Source: Dicyema japonicum (lineage: Eukaryota; Animalia; Dicyemida). Taken from it: 57,075 nucleotides of DNA. A program made the position numbers and the translations under genes. The DNA lies in assembly GCA_011109175.1 (NCBI GenBank), contig RDEW01000117.1, forward strand, positions 3,181 to 60,255. The letters are read 5' to 3'. The notes under the pieces are model-generated. The model worked only from the letters and a program-made list of their open reading frames with translations, did no database searches and had not been told where the DNA came from. Positions within the stretch are counted from its first letter, which is position 1; each line of letters starts with the position of its first letter. This document shows positions 1-12,344 of the stretch, one piece after another.

Positions 1-176
1 TTTAAACGAGTGCATTCACGGCAGGGAGATCATGGAGTCACTTCACTTCCAGGGAACACTTTATGTGAGTTCACTCACAATCGCACGTACATGTTCTTTA
101 TGTGATTGGAAGTTCATGGTCACGTGGTTTTTCTTCTTGGTTGTTGCCATCATCTCCATTATATATTCCTCAAAGT

Positions 177-665
177 TTAGCTTTGACGTAGTCTAATAAG
201 TCCTGGACCAATTCCTGATGGTTCCGGGCTCGAGTCTCGCTGCTGTCCATTTTGGTCAAAAGTTCTACGATGCCCATGGGATTGAAGACTGACGCCGTAA
301 TCAGATACCTCACAGTGGAACCAGATTATGTATATCCCTCTAACGATTAGATACCTCGAATATTCTTTGCTCAAATAAAGTATGCATTCGGAGATAAGTG
401 ACTGACGTCAAAACTTAATTATCCCTTCCCCAACGATAGTAATGTTTCTTCTTGTGTGAGAGTCTTTGAGACAATTTGGTTCCGCAGTGATGAATCGCTG
501 ATTACGACGTCAGTCTTCAATCCCATGGGCATCGTAGAACCTTCAACCGAAGTGGACAGCAGCGTGATTAGAACCCGGAACCTTCGACCGAAATGGATAG
601 AAGCGAGAATCGGACCCGGAACCATCAGTAATTAGTCCTGCATTTATTACACTACGTCATAACTA
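177..665. repeat. Inverted pair of a short repeat (arms about 177-304 and 498-665); the right arm has an extra ~42-nt tandem unit
   Basis: 262-304 is the reverse complement of 498-540 at 42/43 nt. The outer parts still align but are diverged (TGGACAGCAGCG...CCCGGAACCATCAG...ACTACGTCA in both arms). Confidence 0.85.
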
Positions 666-1328
666 GGGCAGTTTTTTATGGCAACTACAATTTCTAAAAA
701 TGGGATCCGATACAGTTCAACAGCGTCAGTGATCTGCTTCCAAGATAAACAAACATTTTATTCAGTACACTTTGCTCAGTACGGCAAAGTTTATCAGCTT
801 ATAGGGATCAGACTCAGAAATTTAGGAGCCCCAATTAACAATAAAATTTCAAATTTATTTCTGACATATATAGTTCTTTTAATGTAAATTGTGATTTCGA
901 ACGTGGAATAACAAGGAATAGTATTCTTACACGTGTTTAATATTTTATTTTTTATTAAAATAATTAATTAGAAGTAAAAATGACCTTTATGGAAACTAAA
1001 ACCGATTATGGCATTTAAAAACAAAAATGGCAAAAATCGCATTTATAACTTCGTAAAGATAAAACATTTTTAATTAATTTTATATAATTTAACTTATTAA
1101 TAAACCCTTTCTTTACAAATGGCATTTTATGGCAAAAATGACACTAGTCATAACTAAACTAACAATGATTCATTAAAAATGTATATAAAATTTGATTTTT
1201 TTTAGAAATAAATTAAAGATTAATAAATAAGAATTTATAAATAATTTAAAAGACAATAAATTAATAAAATTAATTCAATTAATGACAGCTTGTTTTGTCT
1301 ATTAATTCGTTTTTGGCAATACTTGTAA

Positions 1329-2577
1329 ATGGAAGAAGATGAGGCAATAAAGTCGACTGAATTGCTGTCATATAAAGTTAAGTAGCCTTATTATTTTAGG
1401 TTAGACACATTACTGCAGACCTGGTTGGTTTAACACTAACATTGGGGCTGTGCCGCTGGGAATTTAATTGTTACAGTGAATAATATGTATTTCGACGCAG
1501 AATTGGATGACGTTCATGCTTTGAATCACGGAGTTGAGATATTTCACATTGAAGAAGCTGTTTCCAACCTCGTCTCCCTTTCTTCTTTTTCAAATTTACC
1601 TGAAGGTACGTTATTATTATGCGAGATTAGCCATCAGGGGTTATCACTTCATCACATAATGTATATTTTAGTATTTATGTAGGATATTACTTCCCCCGTG
1701 TTGGATCCACCCGGTATATTCGGTCTCTTACCTTTAGCAGAGCTAATATATATTCGGCTCAGATTTATGGGCACTGACGCTTCCGTGGCAAACGAATTTT
1801 GGCTTGAGATTAACCTCCCGATGTATTTTTTGTTTAATTTCAGAGGATTTGAGTTTCAGAGACATCTGCTTTGCCCCCACAAAGTCACTGAAGACTATCA
1901 GAGTTGGTTCTAAAACGACGAGTCTCTTTAAAAATGAGTCCGCGATATCCGATTACTATTACACTGACGTCGTCTCTGCCTCCTCATTCGAAAGAGCATA
2001 AATAAATAAGGTCATTTTATGCTATAATGTAGATTTTTATTCACGTGCCTCCTCGTGTTTGTTGTGAGAATTGGAAGGTGATCTTTTCTACTCATAATGA
2101 TGGATACTCCCTTATGCGACTGATCAGGGCTTACGGAGAGTTTGAGTGCCCTTCTCTACTTGTAATCCAGGACACTCATAATAAGGTACCTTTAATGGGA
2201 GAATGTGGGTCTTTGGAATTTATCTGTCTCACCCTCTGAGACCATGTAAGTCGTTTTATGGTACGGGAGAGACTTATTTGTTTAGCTTTCATCCAACTTT
2301 TAGGGTTTATTAGTGTTATTGTAGATCTTCCGATGGTCAGGGGGAAATGATTATTTCATTAAGTGCAGTAACGATGAACTCATATTTGGAATGTCAGAGT
2401 GGGTTGTTTGTTGGAATTGGTAGTGGGTTCTACGGACTGTGGATTGACAATGATCTTTGTAATGGGACTACGATACCTTGCAGGACTTTTGACAGTGAAT
2501 GTCTCACGGTTTCTTCTGATTTTGTCATCAAAAACCTTGAGATATGGAGTTTCTCTGCTATGCGTGATTACTTTTAG
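1329..2577 (+). CDS. OXR1: OXR1/NCOA7-family protein (GRAM-like region plus C-terminal TLDc domain), multi-exon; carries apparent lesions
   Basis: Spliced translation gives GCAAGNLIVTVNNMYFD, HVPPRVCCENWKVIFSTHNDGYSL, VFGIYLSHPLRPCKSFYGTGETYLF and GFYGLWIDNDL...DFVIKNLEIWSF. Introns include 1377-1399 (23 nt), 1661-1682 (22 nt) and 2011-2032 (22 nt), plus 20- and 25-nt introns in the TLDc part. Two introns end in GG and there is an in-frame TAA at 1999-2001. Confidence 0.9.
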
Positions 2578-3759
2578 CTTTTAAAATGTCTTATGCCCTT
2601 ATATTGAGTGAAAGTCAATTAATTTGCCATAAAAATTAAACTGTGACCTAATATTTGACCTAAAAATGAAAAGCTATTTAATTTTTATTTGCCAAAACAC
2701 AAAATTAGATATATTTACTGCTTATCAGTCTAAATCACCGTGTGACAAAATTAAAACATGATTGGTGTTAAAAAGTAGAAGACATGAGTCCCCCTTTTCG
2801 GAGGAAAAGCGAAATTTTTAATTTTGTCTAAAAACGTGATTGGTGTTGCAAGGGACAAAAAACTTGTGGACTGTTGCAGTATCATTATTACTTCCAGAAT
2901 TACTGGGTCAAAGAGAAAGAAATAAAAGTTCTCAACCAAGTGATCCCAGACCGACAAGGGACGAGTTCGGCGGGATCGTGAATCCTGTACAACTTTTTTC
3001 ATTCTCCCTAAGTACGGGGTGTCAAACATGCGGACCTTGACAAGCATAAGTGCATCCCGATTTAAAGGCTATAAAACACAAAAAATCTTACAAGAGACAA
3101 AGAATGCTATTGGATACGAACCTTTGGAAACTACCGGATTATTTTACTCCCTTCAGACAATCGTCATGACCCCGTAATAAGAGAATTGTCGGAACAGCAG
3201 AAGGAAACACGTTCGAAACTGGAAAGTTCAAATTCAAACAAACTGACTCGTTCCAGCAATCCAGAACTTGTAATCTGGTAACGACGTTGTCCCCGGGGAA
3301 GAATTGTTAGATCCTCTTGATGCCGGCAGGCATTGGGCGCTTCCTCAGTAAGGTGGATCCAGTGACGCCATCGGAAGGAAAATAATTTTGACAAACTATC
3401 CACGTAGCACCACATGGCGCTACGAGATTTTAAAAACTTTTGTTGCCTGAAAAGTATTATGTTAACCTAGGTTCTAGCTGTAATACATTGGACATGTTAG
3501 AGGAATGGGGCTAATTACTGAATCTTTATTAGAAAAATGTGTGAAATGTGAAAGAAATTAAAAATACGCATAAAAATAGACAAGGAAAGACAAAGTACTT
3601 CAGACTTTGTATAAAATGCTGAAATGAAACAGCCCTTTATAATAAAAGCTTTTTTCCTATCAATAGGAGAATGGTGAAAACTAGTCAATTAGAAGGAAAT
3701 AATGGACATGGGGAGATCGAGAGCAACCACACAGTTATAAACTGGTCAAACTTCGAAAA

Positions 3760-4145
3760 GGACTGAGAAAGTTGTAGAAATCGATGAGAGTCTAGGAGAG
3801 GGAAAGGAAAATCATCAGGGAAAGATGCTGATAGGTGATCTCATTAAGGGCGACCGGATGAAAAATCTTGAAGAAATAACTTTGTAGAGAGGATTGACGG
3901 CCCTTGAGTGTTCGGTATGATCCAGCGTGGAACAAGACGGAAAAAACTCTTTTATGTATTAAATAGAAAGGGGGAAACTTTACTACCTATCCTAAAAGAG
4001 AATGTGGATAGTGAAACGGCTATTTATAGTGATAAATGGGCTGCTTATGCTACTTTAAACAAGCAATTGCAAGTCATGGCTGGGTAAACCATAATGTAAA
4101 TTTTATTGACCCCAATGACAGTATTATTCAAACACAAACCGAATT
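3760..4145 (+). mobile_element. Merlin (IS1595/ISXO2-like DDE) transposase remnant
   Basis: KVVEIDES ... *VFGMIQRG ... ETLLPILKENVDSETAIYSDKWAAYATL ... WVNHNVNFIDP, with stops and frameshifts. No terminal inverted repeats identified. Confidence 0.85.
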
Positions 4146-4329
4146 AATGCATGACTGCTCATTTACTATAATTGTTTAAGGGGCACTATTAGTGCTTAGT
4201 GGGTACTACACTGCACCAGTACCATAGTTTTTCTCCTTTGCAACGTTTTACATTTTCTGGCAGGAGCCTTTTGAGATAAGATGATTAGTCACTCTTGTAA
4301 CCTCATCATCATAGTTATCAACTTTCAGC

Positions 4330-6366
4330 CCATGTCTATGCTCGATTATCATTCTCTCTAAAGTTTTTTTAATCGTCATTGATTGGATGTACGCCCTTGT
4401 AGAGACATCCACGTTGAGTCTTTCCATAATATCAGTTTGTTATTTTTAACTTGTATATCCGTTTGTAGTGTTGTATCGACTCCTATTCAACTTTACTGTG
4501 ACACAATCAATTGGACTGTATGCATCTTTACCCTCTTGGTTCTTTTATTCCAAATTGACGACATTGTTGCAGGTGCATACATCTTACAATTTCGTATGTC
4601 GCACCGCTAAGCATCCTGGTACATCGTGTAGCCAAGTGATCCACACTTTTTTGGCCATACCACAATGACTGCAATTTGCTTTCATTTCTTCAAAGAACAG
4701 ATTCCGATCCTGCATCATGCAGTACATTGCTTCCGACCTTGGACTAATGTTTCCCCAGTAAGCCATTCTGTTGATCATTAATGTCGACATTCGTTTTCAA
4801 AACACTTAAATATTATTGAATGAAGCAATTTCTGATTAGCCTTCTCCAAATAATTCTTCTTTTGATATTCCTTTATAATGTCAGTGTTCAAGTTAGATAG
4901 GTCACATTGTATTTGAGTGCAATAAATCTTGCGATAGTGGTCATAAGACCCGCAAGATTCCTGTCCTTCGAAGTCACATGGAAGATTTCCTATCAAGGTC
5001 GGTCACAAAAATTAAAATAACATGCATTCACTCTTATCAGGAGGTCAATCCTCTTCCAAAACTATTCCTGCTGAGATATAATCTTTCTTTGTTAGCAGGT
5101 TTTAAGTGCACTCGTAAGTTGGAGGCCGGATTTCTAAATCAATAGCTTCGAATTCACGTGGTTCAATGTCGATAAGCCCAATATAATAATTATATAGCGA
5201 GAGTGCGTATTCATTGTCGCTTTAAACAAGATTACAGTGTTTAATTTCGAATTCGCCAGCATATCTATCCCTTTCTTCACATTTTCAGCAATTTTTTCCA
5301 TTACTTTATCTTTCATAACCTTACTCCCTTTATCTTCTAACACTCCAAGATAGCGATATCCCTTACATCCATACAGATAACTTGTATCTTTGGCACATTT
5401 CAGATTAGTTGCAGACTTTTCACAGTTTCTTTTAAGGCCAACAATACCCGGATATTCATCAATATCCTCCATCATTTTTAGAATAGTATCCTCATATTCG
5501 GCAATTATTTTCAGGTCGTCAATAAAAAGAAAATGGTTAGTCGCATATGTCACAACTCTGATCAATCATATCTTCGGGAATTTTATATTTAATATTCGGC
5601 TTAGTGGGTCCATTACCAGAGAAAACAGCTGGGGAGAGAGTGAGTCTCCTTGCACGATTCCTCTCCCGAGTTTGACCTTTCCAATTCTTTTTTGTTAAGG
5701 TTCAAAATAACATTCCACTTGCTTATTAGATTCTTGAGAAACTTCACTCCAGAGCAATCAAGAACCAGACACAAAAATTCATGATTGACAGAATCGAAAG
5801 CCTTCTTCACATCAATCCATGTTGTGAATAAGCTATTTCCATGTTCAGCATTAACACACTGATTTATTAAAGCCTGCTCATTTGCACCTTGGCACTGCCT
5901 TCTTGCTCCAAGCTGATTATCCGAGATAAGATTGAACCCTTCAATATAATCCGTAAGTTTTGTATTAACACATTTTGTGACATGTTTGTGCAATATAGGC
6001 ATGCACGTAATTGGTCGTAAGTCATTCGGAGAACAGCAGTCTTCTTTTTTTCGGAATGAGGTAAGTAAATCCAGTATAGAACCATTCTTTCGGGCAATAT
6101 TCACCACTCACTATCTTGATAATCTCTCCACTCAGATAACTATGAAGAGAATCAAACTTCTTGACAAAAAATCCATATACTCCATCACAGCAAGAGCTCT
6201 TCCAATCAGGCTTATAGTGAATAATGTTCTTAACAAACTCAACTGTCATATCTAACGATAACTCATCTGCTCCTGTTATTCGCCTCCCAACAATATTTCT
6301 GTGAGAATAATTCTGATCCTTTTCCCATAGGATTTGTTTGCAAACTGAAAACAGACATACACACAA
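4330..6366 (-). mobile_element. Degenerate RLE-type non-LTR retrotransposon (R4/Dong-like): RT, Zn finger, endonuclease region
   Basis: KPDWKSSCCDG...WFYTGFTYLIPKK, DLRPITCMPILHK, WIDVKKAFDSVNH, YRYLGVLED, and a CSHC...C..LA..RH motif. Many stops. The clade call rests on recalled motifs. Confidence 0.8.
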
Positions 6367-6499
6367 CCACTAGAACAAAAACTATAATAAATTATATTAA
6401 TATTCTTTATTTAATTATTAATTTTTAAATGACTACAACATAACTTAAATATAAAAAGTTGACATAACAAATAAAAATTGACTTTATTGTCTTTCGGTT

Positions 6500-7045
6500 G
6501 CCCTATTCACAAGTCTTCTGGTGACTTGACCCTTGAGAGAATCTTGATATCTTATACGTCGAATAATAATTTTCATTATGTGTATCATGAGATCTAACAA
6601 GGGCGTGGCTTGTGGTTGTTAGTAACATACGTAAAATCATGTTAACTATCCCCCAATGCCTGCAAAGTTTCACGAGTGATCTTCATTTTACTCAATTTCG
6701 CTGGGACGATATTCGAACCTAGATCCTGAGTGGAGCCAACATTTCCTTCGTTTAGAACTTCCGGATTCCTATGTTCGGGAAAAAGACGACAATGGTTCTT
6801 GTGGATGTTTCGTGCGGGAAAGGTACATCACATCCTTAAGATCAATTTTCCTAGTTTCCATGTCTCTGAATCCTTCTGACCATATAACTTCCTTTTCAAT
6901 TGGCTTCTAACTGAATGAGTAATATTTTACTAAAAAGCAGAAATAATGGCTAGAGACAGTGAGATTGCCGCGGACAATGGCTGTTCTCAGGCTGCCAAAT
7001 TATTGATTCGATGGAACTAAAGTGAAGCTTCCATAACCATATAAT
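6500..7045 (-). other. Possible small spliced gene or gene remnant, unidentified
   Basis: Coding-looking open stretches (KPIEKEVIWSEGFRDMETRKIDLKDVMYLSR; HRNPEVLNEGNVGSTQDLGSNIVPAKLSK) between two AT-rich spacers. No motif recognised. Confidence 0.25.
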
Positions 7046-7086
7046 TATTATCCATTAATTATTAAATTATATTAGTCTTGTTAGAA

Positions 7087-7840
7087 TTAATAGTCGTCCA
7101 CTTTCAGGTCATTCCTTAAATTCATGCATTGGACCTCGTCGATGAATATTGTGTTCTCCTTTATTGAAATTTCCTCCTCAATTCTTCTTTGGTTCTCCAT
7201 AAGAGTTCGTCTGAGCATTCCAAACTGTGACAACTGCTCCCAAGTTTGCCAATAGATTCCCTCAGTTGGTAACCTCGAATAACAATCCCAGTCAACCTCT
7301 TCAATGAGTTTGTAATATGCACTGTCTCTGCACAACTCAATTTGCTGTCTTTGGTCTCTTTTTCCCATTCGAGTAATGGCCACTGTCAGAGGCTCTTCCT
7401 TTTCTTGAATTGCATTTTTCAGACATTCTATCGTTTTGTAAGTTTGCCTGATTTGATTTTTAACCTGAAATTAATTTTTGACCACCTCAAATAGTTCCGA
7501 TTCAAGTTTCCCCTTCGCATTCTTGGTTTCCTCGATGGAATGCCAGAATGCCTCATTTACCGCGTTAATTTGATTTTGTATGTCACTTCTCGCCTGGGAT
7601 ATTATGTTTGTCACCATTAGGCGAAGCTGTGCTGAGGAATATGTCTCATTTTGAGTACTCCGGATGCAACTCAGACAATCCGCATGCCAGTCCTCTACGG
7701 AATAATGACTTTGTTATAGCACTTCAAACTCATCTGGTTGACGGACCATTAATTTCGGAGATTGGTTGCTCAAACAATTGGTGGAATTTGACAGAGGGAG
7801 TCGATCGCTATGGCATCCTCTTTCTTGGTTATATTCAACG
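7087..7840 (-). pseudogene. Tektin, C-terminal half only (5' half not in adjacent sequence)
   Basis: KKEDAIAIDSLC, EDWHADC...SAQLR...QINAVNEAF, EEPLTVAITRMGKRDQRQQIELCRD, IEEEISIKENTIFIDEVQCMNLR. Has 21-nt and 23-nt introns. Two -1 indels in short homopolymers (about 7269 and 7240). Confidence 0.9.
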
Positions 7841-8879
7841 GTAATTAATTCCTTCCTTTAATTTTTGTTTAACCTTTATTATTTTAAAACAAATTTATTT
7901 AAACAAAAAAATTAAGTGTCTTTTTTAATCTTGAGATATTTATTTTCTTTAGTTCTGTGTAATGTTTAGATCGGATATTGCATATTTCGTGTATGGCTTC
8001 ACTAATCCAAAATTTGGTCATATAGTGCATATCGTCTATTTTTTGGATTTGCATCTTCATCCTGCCTCAGGACCTCAAGTCTCGAAATTCCGTAAATTTT
8101 ACTTCTTAAGAGACTTTATAGTTGATCGCGTCCGAAATGGATCAATTGATGTTAACACAACTATCATTAAAAAAAACTAAAAATACTACCTCGATCATTT
8201 TCGTTATCAGTTTTTTTTCTTGAATTGTAAAAAACGGAGTTCTACATTATCTGAGTATGAAATAACCAATTTCATTCTCAAATGTTAATATTTTTTCTAA
8301 AAATCTCATTTTCATTCTTTGTTTAGCCTAGCATCGCTCGGAAATATATCTTGCGACTGAAATCTTTGAATTTCGTAAAGCTCTTGTGTGGTCAGTTTAT
8401 AGATACCCATTATAATAATAGCACCAGAGACCACAGTTTAACAAACTAACTAATCACGTGATCCCAGCACGCACTAGAGGGACCTCATCTCGGCCCGATG
8501 CTCCTTCCACGACCACACACAAGCACATATCGGTCGAGTGACTGGACCATCGCAGTCACGACGGCGCGTTCCTGGTTCATTATTATCAAGGCTTCAAGAG
8601 ACATTGGTGGCTGGAGTTCTCCTGAGATCCAGCATTCCGTGATTTTGGAGGCTCTTCTCCGGCTAGCCTCGATCTTCAAGACATTCGTCCAAGAGATGAT
8701 TTAACTCGTGTGATTAATTAATTTTTTTAAATACTATTTTTTAGTTTTTAAAACAATTATAATTAATTTCCTTTATTTATTTATTTTGTGTAATTATTTT
8801 TTGGAAATGAGCTAGACATTCCTTCAACGGCGGATTCTCTCAACATATTATTATTATTAACACTTTCACGAGAGCCATA

Positions 8880-9780
8880 ATATTTATAGCACCGCATGTG
8901 CAGCAAAAAATATAAGAGAATTAGTTAGGTTGCTCCAAGCTCTTCTGTTCTTTGCTAGGTCTCTCAGTGAGTCCAGATCGTCACTAGATGCCAATTTTTC
9001 TTCACGGCTATCAGATCGTTTTGTATATCGACCGGGAAAGTAGTTCTAGGTCTTCCACGAAAGCGTTTTACATTGGAGGAGTAGTAATTTTCCATTACGA
9101 TGTTCGGAGGGGATATCGGGTCCAACCTCAAGACGTGTCCAAAAAGTCTCCAACGAGAGCTAATGATCTCGTGGCTTAATGGTATACAGTCACAATTATT
9201 GTACAGTCTATTCCGCGAGATCTTGGATGGCTAGGACATTCCAGTTCTCAACATATGGTGACATTAAATATAACAAAAAATCAACAAACTGCTGCTCTAT
9301 TCATTTGAGTGATTTTTTGCCATAAAAATTACATAATTCAACTCAGAAAACTCTGAATTATCCACTGTACTAATTTTTATTTCGATTGTTTCCAGTGGAG
9401 TTCCACGTACGGACGGTGACAAGTACTCCTGGAAAATTTTAAATTAATTATTTTCCCTGTGGCACGTTCAGTATCCTTATACACATGCTCTTCCAAGCTC
9501 CTCTATTGCTTGTTAATCCAAGTCCATAGTGATGACAAGTTATTGGGAGTGTAATCAGGCAGTAATTTCCAATGTTCCATCGTCTGCTATTTTCGTCTCT
9601 TGTAGGCAACATATGGATAGCCTAAATCGTTCCAGGTCTCGTGCAAACTGAAGTTCTTTATCACAGGATTGAGTACTCTGGCATTTAGGGTTCCAAGAGA
9701 GAACTGACTGGTAGATATCAAACGTGAAAAGACATTTGTGCAAACGAGGCACGTCACCATTTCCACAAAAAATTGTCACG
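8880..9780 (-). mobile_element. Internally deleted RTE-clade LINE (APE start joined to the 3' end)
   Basis: LQFARDLERFRLSICCLQETK (APE), followed closely by SSRWRLFGHVLRLD...FRGRPRTTFP...DLAKNRRAWSNL (RTE C-terminus). Confidence 0.8.
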
Positions 9781-10946
9781 TGGTTAAAAAAAGTTCTTAA
9801 AAGTGAACAATAATATAAATAAAATTATAATTCTAAGTAATACTGAGGTAAAGTCTGGTTACAATCGATTACTTCTAAGAGGACTTTTGGGTGAAAATCC
9901 TCGATCGAGGATAACTCAAGTACTTTGAAGTTTTTAATGAGCTAGATAGTGTTTTTTAAAAATGATAATGTTTTTAAAAAGCTTTTAAGTTTTCTCTAGT
10001 CAGTCGCAATCTTCCAAATCTCGAGTAATTTACTTACAGAGTCGCTATTCATTTTCTATTGAAGTAATCTGTCTCCTCAATTTAAAACCGTAACTCTAGC
10101 TACAGACCTTGCCCCCTATTTTAAAAAGATATTAAATATTTACTTATAAATTTAGACGCATAATAAAATACTGATTATTTTTATGTATTTATTTTAATAA
10201 ATCAGCTTTTTAGGCGGAATGTTTTTCGAGGGTCAAAAGGGTCCTACGAAAGGTGTACCTGCGGTAAATAATTAAATAAATTTATTTTCTTGTAAGATAA
10301 CTCCGAGCATAAACAAAATTATAAAAACTTCAGAAAATTATAAATACACTTCCTCTCGAATCCGGCATAAATGGCACAACACGAAAAACCCTGAGAAAAA
10401 TATCGAATCGCCACGTTTTTTCTAAAAATTACGATTTCTGTTGAACATGTAAAAGTTAATTTTTTTAGATTTTATTGTTAAATTTTTGAGAACATGCAGA
10501 AACAAAGGTAATCAGGTTCCAAGCGCCAATGGTTAATAGACATTGCTGCAAACGATGGCAATCCTTTAAAAACCATCCGTTCTTGGGGTCTCTGCGTGGC
10601 CACAATCGCATGCGTTTTTTCAGATTTTTGTCTATTATTATCCAGTCGCTAGAACAAGCAAAAGTAGGTTCACTCAAATTTATTTATTCAGAAACGGAAG
10701 CCACCCTGACTGCGTGATTATTCCCTCTCAGGATTTTAGGCTAGATTCGCTCAAATAGACAGGAGTGCTCGTAGAGATCTCGAATGCGTGTAGAAATCCG
10801 ATTCTCTTGACGACCCAAGAGCGTAGGGGAACCTGATGTTTCTACTGTTCTTGTGGGCTTGTAAAAATCGTTCCCCCCATTTCAATATTAAAAAAGTATG
10901 CAATTTATTTATAAAATACTGTCTTAATTGTCTATTAATATTTGCA

Positions 10947-11016
10947 GGATTGAAAGTTACCCCCATGATCCAAATCCAATAACGGATTGAAAGTTACCCC
11001 CTGATCCAAATCCAAT
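10947..11016. repeat. Two-copy tandem repeat, period 37 nt
   Basis: GGATTGAAAGTTACCCCC(A)TGATCCAAATCCAAT at 10947 and 10984. Confidence 0.95.
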
Positions 11017-11603
11017 GATATGATACAGCCATACCTCATTCTGGGCTCGTTCTTCGGCAAACTAAAACATTGCATAATCAGAAGATACATTTATTAAGTC
11101 ATTTTAAGGGGTAAGAACGACGTGCAGTCAATAATTAGACAATAGTTGATAAATGGCGTGTAGACAATATTTTGTTTATAAAAGTCAAAATTCAACAATC
11201 CAATCAATGGTGTATAATTCACAAAGTACTTCGGGAAACATACTTTTTGTTTCAATTTGGTTGAAAGTGTTGTTCAAGAATACTTAAACAAAAATCCAAT
11301 AACTCTGTGATCTGGTTTATTTCTGAACAAAGGCAAAAGTCAAATACAGTGTTTTAACATGAAATCCCCTCAAAGACACTGAAAGGATGATTTGGTAAAT
11401 TGTCAAGTCTAAATATTAGCAAACAGGTAAACCTAAAGATTAAAGTCCGAAATTAGAATTAATTTTAGTTTGAATGAAATTTACCTTCAAATTGCCGAAT
11501 TGTGGTAATCCATCATATAAATGAAAAGAACAGCCGAATTTTAGACCTAAAATAAAGCAACACGTTTTCCTAAGTTTTACTGATTTTACGTATATCGACG
11601 TGA

Positions 11604-12344
<741 letters not shown>

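Noticed and set aside
1999-2001. In-frame TAA in OXR1 at a position aligning with Gln (RA*INK versus recalled DQIEK), hinting at TAA/TAG = Gln
   Set aside because: Gln is encoded by CAA/CAG at conserved sites in DDX27, Nkx2, tektin and ITSN. ATP5MG and tektin end in TAA, and OXR1 and ITSN end in TAG at the expected C-termini. A single C-to-T error or mutation is sufficient.
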